Shown here: in pieces, positions 13,386-27,630 of the stretch | How the letters are laid out: each line of letters opens with the position of its first letter | Numbering within the stretch: the stretch's first letter is position 1 | Assembly (NCBI RefSeq): GCF_963921235.1 | Contig: NC_086108.1 | Coordinates: 113,524,001 to 113,588,000 of the forward strand | Source of the DNA: Mobula hypostoma | Taxonomy: Eukaryota | Reading direction: 5' to 3' | DNA length: 64,000 nucleotides | Translations under genes and position numbers: made by a program | Notes under the pieces: model-generated | Database searches by the model: none | The model's input: the letters and a program-made list of their open reading frames with translations, nothing else | Told to the model about the DNA's origin: nothing

Positions 13386-13761
13386 TGCTCGGTCTCCATA
13401 GAGAGGAGGCTGGTTTCTGAGTTGTCCTGTGCTATGTTCACAGCTCTCTGCAGTTCCTCATGGTCATGGGCAGACCAGTTGCTGTACCAGGCCATGATGC
13501 ATCCAGACAGGATGCTTTCTGTGCTGCCTCAGTATAAGTTGGTGAGTGTGAAAGGGGAAGGCCCTGTTGGGAGGGGTGTGTGGGTCATGGGTAGATGGAG
13601 TGGGTGGAGGCAGAGTAAAGATCTGAGAGATGGGACATGGGTGTACGGAGAAGGAAATGGGTAGATCAGAAGGGGAGGAATTTGAGAATTCAGTGTTCAT
13701 TGAGTTGTAGCTTACTCAGGGAGAATCTGAGGTGTTGTTCCTCTTGGTTGGTGCTTAGCCT

Positions 13762-14038
13762 TAGCCTGGCAGTGGAGGAGGCCGGGGACTGACAGGGTAG
13801 CCTGGGTACGGGATTGTGTTTGCCCGTAGCCTGGCAGTAGAGGCAGCCAGGGACTGACAGGGTAGCCTGGGTACAGGATTGTGTTTGCCCGTAGCCTGGC
13901 AGTGGAGGAGGCCAAGGATTGACAGGGTATCCTGGGTACAGGATTGTGTTTGCCCGTAGCCTGGCAGTGGAGGAGGCCAAGGATTGACAGGGTATCCTGG
14001 GTACGGGATTGCGTTTGCCCATAGCCTGGCAGTGGAGG
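13762..14038 (-). repeat. Same 65-bp minisatellite in inverted orientation, ~4.3 units
   Basis: TAGCCTGGCAGTGGAGG recurs at ~65-bp spacing; reverse complement of the 13168 array. Confidence 0.95.
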
Positions 14039-15141
14039 TGGTCTTGGAAAAGCAGCCAACATAATCAAAGACCCCATCAACCCTGAACATTCCCTCATCT
14101 CCCCTCTTCCATCAGGTAGAAGATACAAAAGCCTGAAGGCATGTACCACCAAGCTCAAGGACAGCTTCTATATCTGTTATCAGAGAATTGAATGAGACGA
14201 AACGGACTCGACCTCAATCTACCTCGTTATCTACCTGCACTGCACTTTGTCACTGTGACACTTTATACTGCATTCTGTTATTGTTTAACCTTGTTCTACC
14301 TCAATGCACTTGTAATGAAATAATCCGTAAGGATGGCATGTAAAACTAAGTTTTTCCACTTTATTTCTAAATGTGACAATAATATAACAATTCACCAATG
14401 AAGTAAAAATGGATGAACAGATGGAGATAGAAAGAAGGGAAGAAGGAAAAGAAAGAGGCAAAGGAAAAGAAAGAGGATAACAGCATCTCTTGAAAACATG
14501 GGGGCACTTTGTTCAAACCTTTAACTGATAATTTTGTTACGTTCAATGGTTAAAGACTTCTTTCCTGTTCAAATTCATTTTATTGTCATTTAACCATACA
14601 CATATATACCACAGACAAAAACTATATTCCTCTGGACCAAGGTGCACAACACAGTACATGTAACTCAAACACATAACACTTAAAGTAATATTACCAGAAA
14701 CAATAAGGTGCATTTACAACACAAGTTAAAGTAGTCAGTATAACACTGCTGGTGCTTCATGTGTGATGAGACCGCGGTAGTGACAGGGGGTTCAGTAGTC
14801 TCACGGCCTGGGGGAGGAAGCTGTTTCCCATGCTAACAGCTCATCCTAATGCTATGGTACCTCCTGTCTGGGGTGGGGGGGCAAAGAGATTGTTGGATGA
14901 TTGAAAGGGATTATTGACAATGCTAAGGGCCCCGTGTATACAGTGCTCCTAAAATCTCGAGTTGGTGGAAGAGAGTTGCCGATGATCCTCTCATCACCCC
15001 TCACTATCCTCTGTAGGGATTTGAGGTCAGCTGCCGTGCAGTTCCCGTGCCGGATCGTGATGCAGCTGGTCAGGACACTCGATGGTTAAACTCCGTGCAG
15101 GTTAATTACATCTTCCCATGTACGGAGTGGAGCTTTTTAGT

Positions 15142-17275
15142 TAGAAACCATAGAAAACTACAGCACAGAAACAGGCCTTTTGGCCCTTCTTGGCTGTGCC
15201 GAACCATTTTCTGCCTAGTCCCACTGACCTGCACACGGACCATATCCCTCCATACACCTCCCATCCATGTATCTGTCCAATTTATTCTTAAATGTTAAAA
15301 AAGAACCCGCATTTACCACCTCATCTGGCAGCTCAGTCCATACTCCCACCACTCTGAAGAAGCCCCCCCCTAATTTTCCCTTTAAACTTTTCCCCCTCAC
15401 CTTAAACCCATGTCCTCTGGTTTTTTTTCTCCCCTTGCCTCAGTGGAAAAAGCCTGCTTGCATTCACTCTATCTATACCCATCATAATTTTATATACCCC
15501 TATCAAATCTCCCTCATTCTTCTAAACTCCAGGGAATAAAGTCCTAACCTATTCAACCTTTCTCTGTAACTGAGTTTCTCAAGTCCCGGCAAAACCTTGT
15601 AAACCTTCTCTGCACCCTTTCAACCTTATTTATATCCTTCCTGTAATTTGGTGACCAAACCTGAACACAATACTCCAGATTCGGCCTCACCAATGCCTTA
15701 TACAACATCATAACATTCCAGCTCTTATACTCAATACTTCGATTAATAAAGGCCAATGTACCAAAAGCTCTCTTTACAACCCTATCTACCTGTGACACCA
15801 CTTTTAGGGAATTTTGTATCTGTGTTCCCAGATCCCTCTGTTCTACTGCACTCCTCTGTGCCTTACCATTAACCCTGTATGTTCTACCTTGGTTTGTCCT
15901 TCCAACATGCAATACCTCACACTTGTCTGTATTAAACTCCATCTGCCATTTTTCAGCCCATTTTTCCAGCTGGTCCAAGTCCCTCTGCAGGCTCTGAAAA
16001 CCTTCCTCACTGTCTACTACACCTCCAATCTTTGTATCATCAGCAAATTTGCTGATCCAATTTACCACATTATCATCCAGATCATTGATATAGATGACAA
16101 ATAACAATGGACCCAGCACTGATCCCTGTGCACACCACTAGTCACAGGCCTCCACTCAGAGAAGCAATTCTCTACCACCACTCTTTGGCTTCTTCCATTG
16201 AGCCAATGTCTAATCCAATTTACCACCTCTCCATGTATACCTAGCGACCGAATTTTCCTAACTAACCTCCCATGCGGGACCTTGTCAAAGGCCTTACTGA
16301 AGTCCATGTAGACAATATCCACTGCCTTCCCTTCATCCACTTTCCTGGTAACCTCCTCGAAAAACTCCAATAGATTGGTCAAACATAACCTACCACGCAC
16401 AAAGCCATGTTGACTCTCCCTAATAAGTCCCTGTCTATCCAAATGCTTGTAGATTCCGTCTTAGTACTCCCTCTAATAACTTACCTACTACTGACGTTAA
16501 ATTTACTGGCCTATAATTTCCCAGATTACTTTTTGATCCTTTTTTAAACAACTGAACAACATGAGCCACTCTCCAATCCTCCGGCACCTCACCCGTAGAC
16601 AGTGATATTTTAAATATTTCTGCCAGGGCCCCCGCAATTTCAACACTTGTCTCCTTCAAGGTCCGAGGGAACACCCTGTCAGGTCCCAGGGATTTATCCA
16701 CTTTAATTTTCCTCAAGTCAGCAAGCACCTCCTCCTTTTCAATCTGTACAGTTTCCATGATCTCACTACTTGTTTCCCTTAATTCCATAGACTTCATGCC
16801 AGTTTCCTTAGTAAACACAGACGCAAAAAACCTATTTAAGATCTCCCCCATTTCCTTTGGTTCCGCACATAGCTGACCACTGATCTTCAAGAGGACCAAT
16901 TTTATCCCTTACAATCCTTTTGCTCTTAATATACCTGTAAAGGCTCTTTGGATTATCCTTCACTTTGACTGCCAAGGCAACCTCATGTCTTCTTTTTGCC
17001 CTCCTGATTTCTTTAAGTATTTTCTTGCACTTCTTATACTCCTCAAGCACCTGATTTACTCCCTGTTTCCTATACATTTCATACAACTCCCTCTTTCTTT
17101 ATCAGAGTTGCAATATCCCTTGAGAACCAAGGTTCCTTATTCCTATTCACTTTGCCTTTAATCCTGACAGGAATATACAAACTCTGCACTCTCAATTTCT
17201 CCTTTGAAGGCTTCCCACCTACCAATCACATCTTTGCCAGAGAACAATCTGTCCCAATCCACACGTTTTAGATCT
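15142..17275 (-). mobile_element. Young 5'-truncated CR1 LINE with frameshifted RT
   Basis: ORFs 16435..16899, 16062..16442 and 15553..16119 (QHGF, YMDFSKAFDKVPH, KFADDTKIGG); near-identical to 44066-45813. Confidence 0.95.
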
Positions 17276-17961
17276 ATACAAAGCTAACACAGCATAAAAT
17301 CTCAATATCCAAAACACTTATTTATATTTCAAATGATTGGCACTTCAAATGATACCTCATCATCAGTCCCATTCTCTAGTCATCTGAGAGGAAACCTTCT
17401 GAAGGTTAAATGTAGCCTCCATTAAATTTGGACATGAACAGAAAGGCTCCAATATTTAGCTTATGCACCTTGGCAGAAGAATTAAACAAAAGCAAGACAA
17501 CAAACACAACATAAAATCTTTGCAAAATGGTCATTTAGCCCACCATGTCTGTGATGCCTCTTTAAAAGTCTGTAGTCCCACATCCCTGCCCTGTCCCCAC
17601 AGACCTATATGTTATCCAATGTATTCTCTGATTCGATTTGAATCTCCCCCGTTTGCAGTTATACATGGTATTTTCCGCACTACACGATCATGGGCTGAAG
17701 GACCTTTACTGAGCTGTACTCTGATGTTCAACGGCCAATTTTTGAAATGCTTTATTAAACAGGTTGGAGAGAGAAAATCTTAACAAAGGCAAATCCATAC
17801 CAGAGATATTTCAATTAGATTGACTTCTCTGACTGAGGGAAGACCAGAAGACCTGATAGAAGTTTATAAAATTATGTGCGGGAAAGAGAGGGCAGATAGT
17901 CAGAATCTTCTTCCCAGAGTGAAAATGTCAAATATGCTTAGTAGCCACTTTATTAGGCAAG

Positions 17962-18735
17962 TAACATTTCAACCACTCAAGTGCCAGGCAATGACCATCT
18001 CCAACAAGACAGGCTCTAACCATTGTCCTTTGACATTCAGTGGCATCATCCTCACTGAATCCCCTACTATCAACATCCTGGGGGCAGGGCAGTCACCATC
18101 GACAGGAAACTGAACTGGTCCAGCCATATAAATGCCATGGCTACCAGAGCAGGTCAAAGTCTAGGAATTCTGTAGCGTGTAACTCACCTCCTGACTCCCC
18201 AAAGCCTGTCCGCCATCTACAAGGCTCAGGTCAGGAGTGTAATGGAATACTCGCCACTCACCTGGATGAGTGCAGCTCCATTAACACTCAAGAAGCTCGA
18301 CACCATCCAGTACAAGGCAGCCCACTTGACTGGTTCCCTTCCACAAGCATCCAATCCCTTCACCATCGACGAACAGCTGCAGTGTGTGTACTGTCTCCAA
18401 GATTCACTGCAACAACACACCAAGGTTCCTAAGGCAGCACCTTCCAGACCCACGACCACCACCATCTTGAAGGATGAGAACAGCAGATACCTGGGAACAC
18501 CACCACTTGGAAATCCCCCTCCAAGTCATTCACCAACCTGACTTGGAAACATATCACCATTCCTTCATTGTCACTGGGTCAAAATCATGGAATTTTCTCC
18601 CTAACAGCACAGTGGGTGTCCCTACACCTCAGGGACTGCAGTGGTTCAAGAAGGCAGCTCATCACCACCTTCTCAGGGCATCTAGGGATGGGCAGTAAAT
18701 GCTGGCATAGCTGGTGACACCCACATCCTGTAAAA
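17962..18735 (+). mobile_element. CR1/L2-group LINE 3' end of a different family, inserted in a CAGTGGCCACTTTATTAGG-type non-autonomous repeat
   Basis: MEYSPLTWMSAAPLTLKKLDTIQYKAA and SWNFLPNSTVG...FKKAAHHHLL; the host repeat resumes at ~18737. Confidence 0.7.
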
Positions 18736-19009
18736 ACCTGTACACCTGCTCATTAATGCAAACATCTAATCAGCCAATCATGTGGCAGCAACTCAACATA
18801 TAAATGCATGCAGACATGGTCAAGTGATTCAATGTTTCAGACCAAAGATCAGTATGGGGAAGAAACATGATGTTGGAATGATTGTTAGTGCCAGATGGGG
18901 TGGTTTGAATATCTCAGAAACTGCTGATCTCCTGGGATCTTCACACAGCAGCTCCTAGAGTTTACAGAGAATGGTGTGTAAAACAAAACAAAAAATCTGT
19001 GGGTGAAAA

Positions 19010-22000
19010 GACCATAAGACATAGGAGCAGAACTAGGCAAATTGTCCCATTGAGTCTGCTCCGCCATTTCATCATGGCTGATCCAATTTTCCTCTCAGCC
19101 CTAGTCTCCTGCCTTCTCACTGTATCTCTATGTCCTGATCAGTCAGGTATCTATCAACCTCTGCCTGAAATATACAGAAAGATTTGGCCTCCCTGTGGCA
19201 AAGAATTCCATTGACTCACCACTTGCTGGCTGAAGAAATTCCTCATCTGTTCTAAAAAGACACCTCAATTTTGAGGCTGTGTCCTCTGGTCTTAGACTCT
19301 CTCGCCACAGGAAATATCCTCTCCAAATCCATTTTATCAAGGCCTTTCACCAGGTGATAGGTTTTAATGAGGTCACCCCTTATTCTTCTGAGTTCTGGTG
19401 AATACAAGCCCAGAGCCAAATGCATTTCATATGACAAGTTGTTTAATCGTGGAATCATTTTTGTGAACTTCCTTTCAACCCTCTCCAGTTTCAGCAAGTC
19501 CTTTTGAAGATGAGACCCAAAACTACACGCAAGACTCTAAGCAAGGCCTCACCAGTGCTTTATAAAGTTTCAACATTATGTCCTTGCTTTTATATTCTTG
19601 TCCTGTTGAAATGAATGCTAACATTGCATTTGCCTTCCTCACGAAAGATGCAAACTGCAAATTAACCTTTAGGGAATCCTGCACAAAGACTCCCAAGTCC
19701 CTTTGTGCCTCAGTTTTTTGTATTTTCTCTCCATTTAGGAAATAATCAACCCTTTTGTTTCTTCTACCAAAGTGCATGACCATACACTTCCTGGCAGTGT
19801 CTTCCATCTACCATTTCTTTATCCATTCTCCCAATCTGTGCAAGTCCTCCTGTAGCCTTTCTACTTCCTCAAACTATCTATCCCTCCATCTAGCTTCATA
19901 TCATCTGCACACTTTGCAACAAAGTCATCAATTCCCTCATCCAAATCATAGACATACAACATAAAAAGAATAGACCCAACACAGACCATCATGGAACACC
20001 ACTAGTCAATAGCAGCTAACCAGAAGAGGCTTCCTGCCAGTCAGCCACTGCTTTATCCTTGTAATACCATGGGCTTATAGCTTGCCACATATAGCAGCCT
20101 CATGTGTGGCACCTTGTTAAAGGCCTTCTGAAAATCCAAGTACACAACATCAACTGATTCTCTTTTGTCAATCCTGCTTGTTATTTCTTTAAGACATTCC
20201 AACAGATTTGTCAGGCAAGATTTTCCCATGAGGAAACCATGCTGACTACAGCCTCTTTTATCATGTACCTCCAAGTACCCTGAGACCTCATTCTTAATAT
20301 CCAACTCCAACATCTTTCTAACCACAGACTAAATGGCCCATAGCTTCTTTTCTTCTGCCTCTCTCCCTTCTTGGAGTGGAGTGACATTTGCAATTTTCCA
20401 TTCTTCCAAAGCCATTCCAAAATCTAGTGATTATTGAAAGATCATTACTGATGCCTCCATGATCTCTTCACACACTTCATGATCCCCGACACCTAGAACT
20501 TCCACCATACAGCTAGTGTCTTCCACAGTGTAGACTGATGCAAAATACTCATTTAGATCTTCTGCCATTTCTTTGTCCCCCATTACTACTTCTCCAGCAT
20601 CATTTTTCAATGGTCCAATATCCACTCTTGCTTCTCTTTTACACTTTATGCATCTGAAGAAACTTTTGGTATCCTCTTTAATATTTTTGGCTAGCTTTCT
20701 TTTGTATTCCATCTTTACCTTCTTAGTGACTTTTTCCTTCTTAGTGACTTTTTCCATTTGCTTTCTGTTGTTTTTTTTTATATTAAAAGTTTCCCAATCC
20801 TCTGCCACTGTTTCTGTCATCCCTGCCAGAGTCCTCTTCCAATCAGTTCTGGCCAGCACCTCTCTCATGTCTCTGTAATTCCCTTTACTCCACAGAAATA
20901 CTGATACAGCTGACTTTAGCTTTTCCTTCTCAAATTTCACGGTGAATTCAATCATATCATGATAAAACTTCCCCCAAGGGTTCTTTTACCTCAAGCTCTT
21001 TAATCAATTCTGGTTCATTACACAATACCCGATCCAGAATAGCTGAACCTCTTGTGTGCTCAACCACAAACTGCTCTAAAAAGCCAACTCACTGGCACTC
21101 TAGAAATTCCCCCTCCTGGAATCCAGCACCAACCTGGTTTTCTCAATCTACCTGAATACTGAAGTCCTCCATGACTATTGTAACATTGCCCTATTGGCAT
21201 GCATTTTCCAGCTCTGTTTGTAATTTGCTGGCCACATCCTTACTACTGTTTAGGGGTCTCTATACAACTTCCATCAGGGTCTTTTTACCCTTGCATTTCC
21301 TTAGCTCTATCCACAATGTTTCAACACCTTCTGACCCTTTGTCACCTTTCTAATGATCTGATTTCATTTTTCAGCAACAGAGCATTGCCACCCCCTCTGC
21401 CTTCCCACCTGTCCTTTTGATACAATGTGTATCCTTGGACATTAAGCTTCCAGCTATAATCTTCTACATCATACCTGACAATCTGCAACTGTGCTGCAAG
21501 TTCATCTACCTTATTCCATATACCATGTGCATTCAAATACAACACTTCAGTCCTGTATTCACCCTTTTTGATTTTGTCCCCGTTACATTGCAACTCATCC
21601 TATTGACTGCAATATTGCCCTATCAACAGCCTCTCCTCACTACACATTAGACTAATCTTCTGGAATTTTTTGAAAATGGACAAGGAAGAGCCAGTGGATG
21701 TAGTGTACCTGGACTTTCAGAAAGCCTTTGATAAGGTCCCACTTAGGAGAATAGTGGGCAAAATTAGAGCACATGGTATTGGGGGGTAGGGTACTGACAT
21801 GGATAGAAAATTGGTTGGCAGACAGGAAACGAAGAGTCGGGATTAACAGGTCCCTTTCAGAATGGCAGGCAGTGACAAGTGGGGTACCACAAGGCTCGGT
21901 GCTGGGACCGCAGCTATTTACAATATACATTAATGATTTAGATGAAGGGATTAAAAGTAACATTAGCAAATTTGCAGATGACACAAAGCTGGGTGGCAGT

Positions 22001-23760
22001 GTGAAATGTGAGAAGGATGTTATGAGAATGCAGGGTGACTTGGACAGGTTGGGTGAGTGGGCAGATGCAGTTTGATGTGGATAAATGTGAGGTTATCCAC
22101 TTTGGCAAGAACAGGAAGGCAGATTACTATCTGAATGGTGTCAAGTTAGGAAAAGGGGAAGTACCACGAGATCTAGGTGTTCTTGTACATCAGTCACTGA
22201 AAGTAAGCATGCAGGTACAGCAGGCAGTGAAGAAAGCTAATGGCATGTTGGCCTTCATATCAGGGGGAGTTGAGTATAGGAGCAGAGGTCCTTCTGCAGT
22301 TATACAGGGCCTTGGTGAGACCACACCTGGAGTATTGTGTACAGTTTTGGTCTCCAAATTTGAGGAAGAACATTCTTGCTATGGAGGGAGTGCAGCATAG
22401 GTTCACGTAGGTTCCAATCTTTCAATATATGACAGTCCCCGGGATGGTAGGACTGTCATATGTTGAAAGATTGGAGCGACTGGGCTTGTATACACTAGAA
22501 TTTAGAAGGATGAGAGGGGATCTGATTGAAACATTAAAGATTATTAAGGGATTGGACACGCTAGAGGCAGGAAACATTCCCGATGTTGGGGGAGTCCAGA
22601 ACCAAAGGCCACAATTTGAGAATAAGGGGTAGACCATTTAGAACAGAGTTGAGGAAAAACTTTTTCACCCAGAGAGTTGTGGATCTGTGGAATGCTCTGC
22701 CTCAGAAGGTAGTGGAGGCCAATTCTCTGGATGCTTTCAAGAAAGAGTTAGATGGAACTCTGAAATAGAGTGGAGTCAAGGGATATGGGGAGAAGGCAGG
22801 AACTTGGTACTGATTGTGGATGATCAGCCATGATCACAGCGAATGTTGGTGCTGGTTCAAAGGGCCGAATGGTCTACTCCTGCACCTATTGTCTATTACA
22901 TTGCCTCTGTTTGTAAACTAGCTACCTCATCCTCAGCACTATTATCCAACTTTCCTACAAAAGCTGTTTTATTGAAATACAGGCAGCTCAGGACACTATT
23001 CACACCATGTTAACCCTTTTGATTCACAACTTCATCTGAGGTCTTACCAACATCTGCCTCCACAACTTCTCCACTAACTGTTCTGGCACTCTGGTTCCAA
23101 TGCCCCGGCAACTCTCGTTTAAACCCCACTGTCCAGCATTAACAAACCTTCCCTCGAGGATACTAGTCCCCCTCCAGTAAAGGTGCAAACTGTCCCTTCT
23201 AAACAGGGCCCACCTTCCCTGGAAGAGAGCCTAATGATCTGAAAATCTTATGCCTTCCCCCTCCTACACCAATTCCTTAACTGGGTTAGATATCCAAGAC
23301 CCTGTTACCTAGGAGATATCATACCATCTGGGAATTTCATTCTCGCTTCCAGAACCTCCTGTTCATCCCCCTATCTAGACTCAGTGCCAGAGATCCAACC
23401 ACTGACTTTCCTGTTCAGTCTTTTCCCCCCTCCCCGACAGTATCCAAAGTGATATAGCTCTTGTTGAGGGGGATGCCCACAGGGGTACTCTCCACTGACT
23501 CATCAACTCCTTTCCCCTTTCTGACTGTCACCCAGTTCCCTGTGTCCTGTAACTACCTCTCTGTATGTCCTATCAATCACCCCTTCAGCCTCCCAAATGA
23601 TCTGGAGTTCATCCAGTTCCAACTCCAACTCCTGGTTTGTTAGAAGCTACAGCTGGATGCCCTTCTCGCAGTTGTAGTGGTCAGAGATACTGGAGATCTC
23701 CTTGCCTTCTTTTGTGCATTTCACTATCCTGCCTGACATCTCCAATGTCCTAGCTGAGCA
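19010..23760 (-). mobile_element. Long degenerate CR1 LINE interrupted by a plus-strand CR1 at 21650-22897
   Basis: Endonuclease (YLNAHGIWNKVDEL), tether and RT (QHGF...SCLTNL, YLDFQKAFNKVPH) ORF fragments; the 5' part continues at 22898-23760 and resembles the 5' region of the element at 59150. Confidence 0.85.
21650..22897 (+). mobile_element. 5'-truncated CR1 LINE
   Basis: [22 protein letters not shown]...KFADDTKLGG; FFTQRVVDLWNALP; 3' UTR. Confidence 0.95.
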
Positions 23761-23799
23761 GATGTATATTGTGCTGTAGGTTTTCTACGTTTCTAAAAA

Positions 23800-26152
23800 C
23801 CACAAGACCACAAGACATTGGAGCAGAATTAGGCCATTTGGCCCATCGAATCTGCTCCACCATTCAGTCATAGCTGATCCATTTTTTCTCCTCAGCCCCA
23901 CTCCCCAGCCTTCTCCTCATAACCTTTGATACTGTGTCCAATCAAGGACCAATCAAGTGCTGCCTTAAATACAACCAACAATCTGGCCTCCACAGCTGCT
24001 TGTGGTAATAAATTCATCAACCTCTGGCTAAAGAAATTTTTCTGCATCTGTGTTTTAAATAGATACCCTTCTATCCTGAGGTTGTACCCTCTTGTCCTGG
24101 ACTCCCCCACCATGGGAAACATCCTTTCCACATCTACTCTGACCAGGCCTTTCAACATTCAAAGGGTTTCAATGAGAACCCCCTTCACCCTTCTAAATTC
24201 CAATGAGTACAGATCCAAAGCAATCAAATGTTCCTCGTATGATAACCCTTACATTGCTGGAATCATCCTTGTGAACCTCCTCTGAACCATCTCCAATGCC
24301 AGCACATCTTTTCTTAGACAAGGGGCCCAAAACCGTTCACAATACTCAATGTGAGGCCTCACCAGTGCCTTATAAAGCCTCAGCATCACATCCCTGCTCT
24401 TGTGTTCTGGACCTCTTGAAATGAATGCTAACATTGCATTTGCCTTCCTCACCACCAACTCAACCTGCAAGCTAACCTTTAGGGTGTTCTGCGCTCGGAC
24501 TCCCAAGTCCCTTTGCATATTAGATTTTTGCATCATGAATTTTCCAACATTGTATTTCATTTGCCACTTTCTTGCCCATTCTCCTAATCAGTCCTCCTAC
24601 AGTCTACCTGTTTCCTCAACACTACCTGCCCCTCCACAAACCTTCGTATCATCTGCAAACTTGGCAACAAAGCCATCTACTCCATCATTTAAATGAATAA
24701 AAAGAAGTGGTCCCAACACCTATCCCTGCGGAACACCACCACTCACTGGCAGCCAACCGGAAAAGGACCCTTTTATTCCCACTTGCTGCCACCTACCAAT
24801 CAGCCAATGCTCTAACCATGCCAATAACTTTCCTGTAATACCATGGGCTCTTAACTTGGTAAGCAGCCTCATGTGTGGCACCTTGTCAAAAGGCTTCTGA
24901 AAGTCTAAATACACGACATATCCACTGCATCCCCCTTACTGATCCTACTTGTAATCTCAAAGAATTCCAACAGGTCTGTCAGACAGGATTTTCCCTTTTG
25001 TTCTACCTTGTCTTGTATCATCAAATACTCCATAACCTCATCTTTAATCATTAACTCCTACATCTTCCCAGCCACTGAGGTCAGGCTAACTGGTCTATCA
25101 TTTCCTTTCTGCTGCCTTCCTCCTTTCTTAAAGAATGGAGAGAGATTTGCAATTTTCCAGTCCTCTGGCACCATGCCAGATACCCATAAGTTTTGAAAGA
25201 TTATTACTAATGCCTCCACAATCTCTACTGCTACCTCTTTCAGAACCCTAGGGTGCAGTTCATCTGGCCCGGGTGACTTATGTACCTTTAGGTCTTTCAG
25301 CTTTTTGATCACCTTCTCCCTTGTAATAGTAACTGCACCCACTTCTCTTCCCTCACACCCCTCAACATCTGGCACACTGCTAGTGTCTTCCACAGTGAAG
25401 ACTGGTGCAAAATACTCATTTAGTTCATCAGCCATCTCCTTGTCCCCAATTATTTCAACAGCCTCATTTTCTAGCAGTCCTATATCCTCTGTCATCTCTT
25501 GTTTTACATACTAGAAAAAGCTTTTACTATCTTCTTTGAGCAACACACATCAAAGTTGCTGGTGAACGCAGCAGGCCAAGCAGCATCTATAGGAAGAGGC
25601 GCAGTCGACGTTTCAGGCCGAGACCCTTCATCAGGACTAACTGAAGGAAGAGTGAGTAAGGGATTTGAAAGCTGGAGGGGGAGGGGGAGATGCAAAATGA
25701 TAGGAGAAGACAGGAGGGGGAGGGATAGAGCCGAGAGCTGGACAGGTGATAGGCAAAAGGGGATACGAGAGGATCATGGGACAGGAGGTCCGGGAAGAAA
25801 GACAAGGGGGGGGGTGACCCAGAGGATGGGCAAGAGGTATATTCAGAGGGACAGAGGGAGAAAAAGGAGAGTGAGAGAAAGAATGTGCATAAAAAAGAGT
25901 AATTCCTGTTGTTTGCGTTTAAACTATCTTCTTTGATATTGTTTGCTAGCTGGCTTTCATATTTCATCTTTTTCCTCCTAATTTTCTTTTAATTGCTCCT
26001 GTAGGTTTTCAAAAACTTCCCAACCCTCTTTCTTTCCACTAATTTTTGCTTTGTTGTATGCCGTCTCCTTTGCTTTGACATTGGCTTTAACTTCCCTTGC
26101 CAGCCACGGTTATACTATTTTGCCATTTGCGCATTTCTTCATTTTTGGAATA
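23800..26152 (-). mobile_element. Degenerate CR1 LINE
   Basis: ORFs 25058..25495, 24720..24914, 24249..24560 and 23892..24158 carry CR1 ORF2 motifs. Confidence 0.9.
25540..25922 (-). mobile_element. Penelope pseudo-LTR insertion with a hammerhead motif at 25604-25637 (-) and a short inverted stub
   Basis: 14-bp TSD ACTATCTTCTTTGA at 25526-25539 and 25923-25936. Confidence 0.85.
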
Positions 26153-27630
26153 CCTCAGGACAGAGTGAGGTAGGGGTCATGGACCGTTCAGAAATCTAAT
26201 GATGGATAGTAAGAAGCTGTTTCTAAAACATTGACTGTAGGGTTCAGGCTCCTGTGCCTCTTCCCAGATGGTAGCAATGAGAAGAGGGCCATGTCCTGGA
26301 TCATTAGGGTCCTTCCTACTCAGTAGCACAGCATACAACGTGGGGACACACATTCTCGATTGGCCGAGTTCTTGCTAGCGTTTGCTTGTTGCTCCAGCAT
26401 ACCACTGGCCTCATTTCTATTCAACGTCACATCACAGGGTGTGAGAGAACATTATGGATCTCTGTGTTGTTCTATCTATTGGGAGGTGAAGCACAATATT
26501 GAAAGTTTTAAGAACAGTTCCTTCCCCGCCACCCCCATCACTGTATCATAGCGGTTAGCGCAATGCTATTACAACTCAGGGGACTGGAGTTTGGAGTCCA
26601 ATACTTTAAATTTTGAAGGTCAACATGCCAAAAGCTTTAAGAAGTCTGTAAGTCCTCTCTGTGGAATGTGTACATTTCCTCTGGGCACTGTGGCTTCCTC
26701 CCACAGTCCAAAGACATGCTGGTTAGTAGGTTAATTGGTCATTGTAAATTGTCCATTGTTAATTGTCCTGTCATTCGGCTGGGGTAAACTTGGTGGGTTG
26801 CACAATACAAAGGGCCGGAAAGGCCTGATCCTCACAGTATCTCCAAATAAATTAATAATTTTAATTAATACTTTAGGAACAGCTTCTTCCCCTCTGCCAT
26901 CAAATTTCTAAATGGCCCATGAATCCACAAACACCTCCTCAGCATTCTGCTCTCTTTTTGCACAACTTGTTTATATGTTAATGTACTTGAATATGTAAAA
27001 CTGCAAAACAATAATTTCACAACATGTGTCAGTGATAATAAACCTGATTCAGATTCAGAGAGGTATCCAAATGAGACCTCATGCACTCTGTCAGAGAGAA
27101 GACACTGCAGAAAATAATCCATTTCTGTACAACAAACTCCCCTGAAGCATACTGAGGAATAATCAGCAATGAAGCCCATCAAATCCAGAAAGACTATATC
27201 AAATCCATTGGATCACACAGCAAGCATTTGGCATGTTGACCTCCAAAGATGAAAGTATTGAGTACAGGATCTAGGATGTTTGAAGTTGTTTAAGACGCTG
27301 GTGATGCCTAGTTTGGACTATTGTGTCCAATTCTACCAACAGGACAGATATCAATAAAACAGAAATAGTACAGGGAACACTTATAAGGATGTTGCTAGGA
27401 CTTGTGGACCTGATTATAGGGAAAGGTTGAATATGTTTGCAGTTTATTCCCTGCAGTGTAGGAGACTGAGGGGAGATTTGATTAAGCTATACAAATATAG
27501 ATAGAGTAAATACAAGCAAGTTTTTTTTCCACTGAGGTTGGGTGAGACTAGAACTAGAGGTTATGGGTTAAAGGAGAAAGGTGACATATTTAAGGGAAAG
27601 TGAGGAAGAACTTCTTCACTCAGAGGGTGG

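Noticed and set aside
13152..14158. Pro-rich repetitive ORFs or a CRISPR-like array
   Set aside because: 65-bp tandem units with no unique spacers; the period is not a multiple of 3; eukaryotic context with no cas genes.
17355..17470. Minus-strand AG...GT exon-like segment with a good pyrimidine tract
   Set aside because: Stops in all three frames and no recognisable homology.
27060..27230. Apparent unique coding segment (ORF 26865..27182)
   Set aside because: DIVFLDL and LLSDRVHEVSFG look like a very old RT remnant rather than a host exon.
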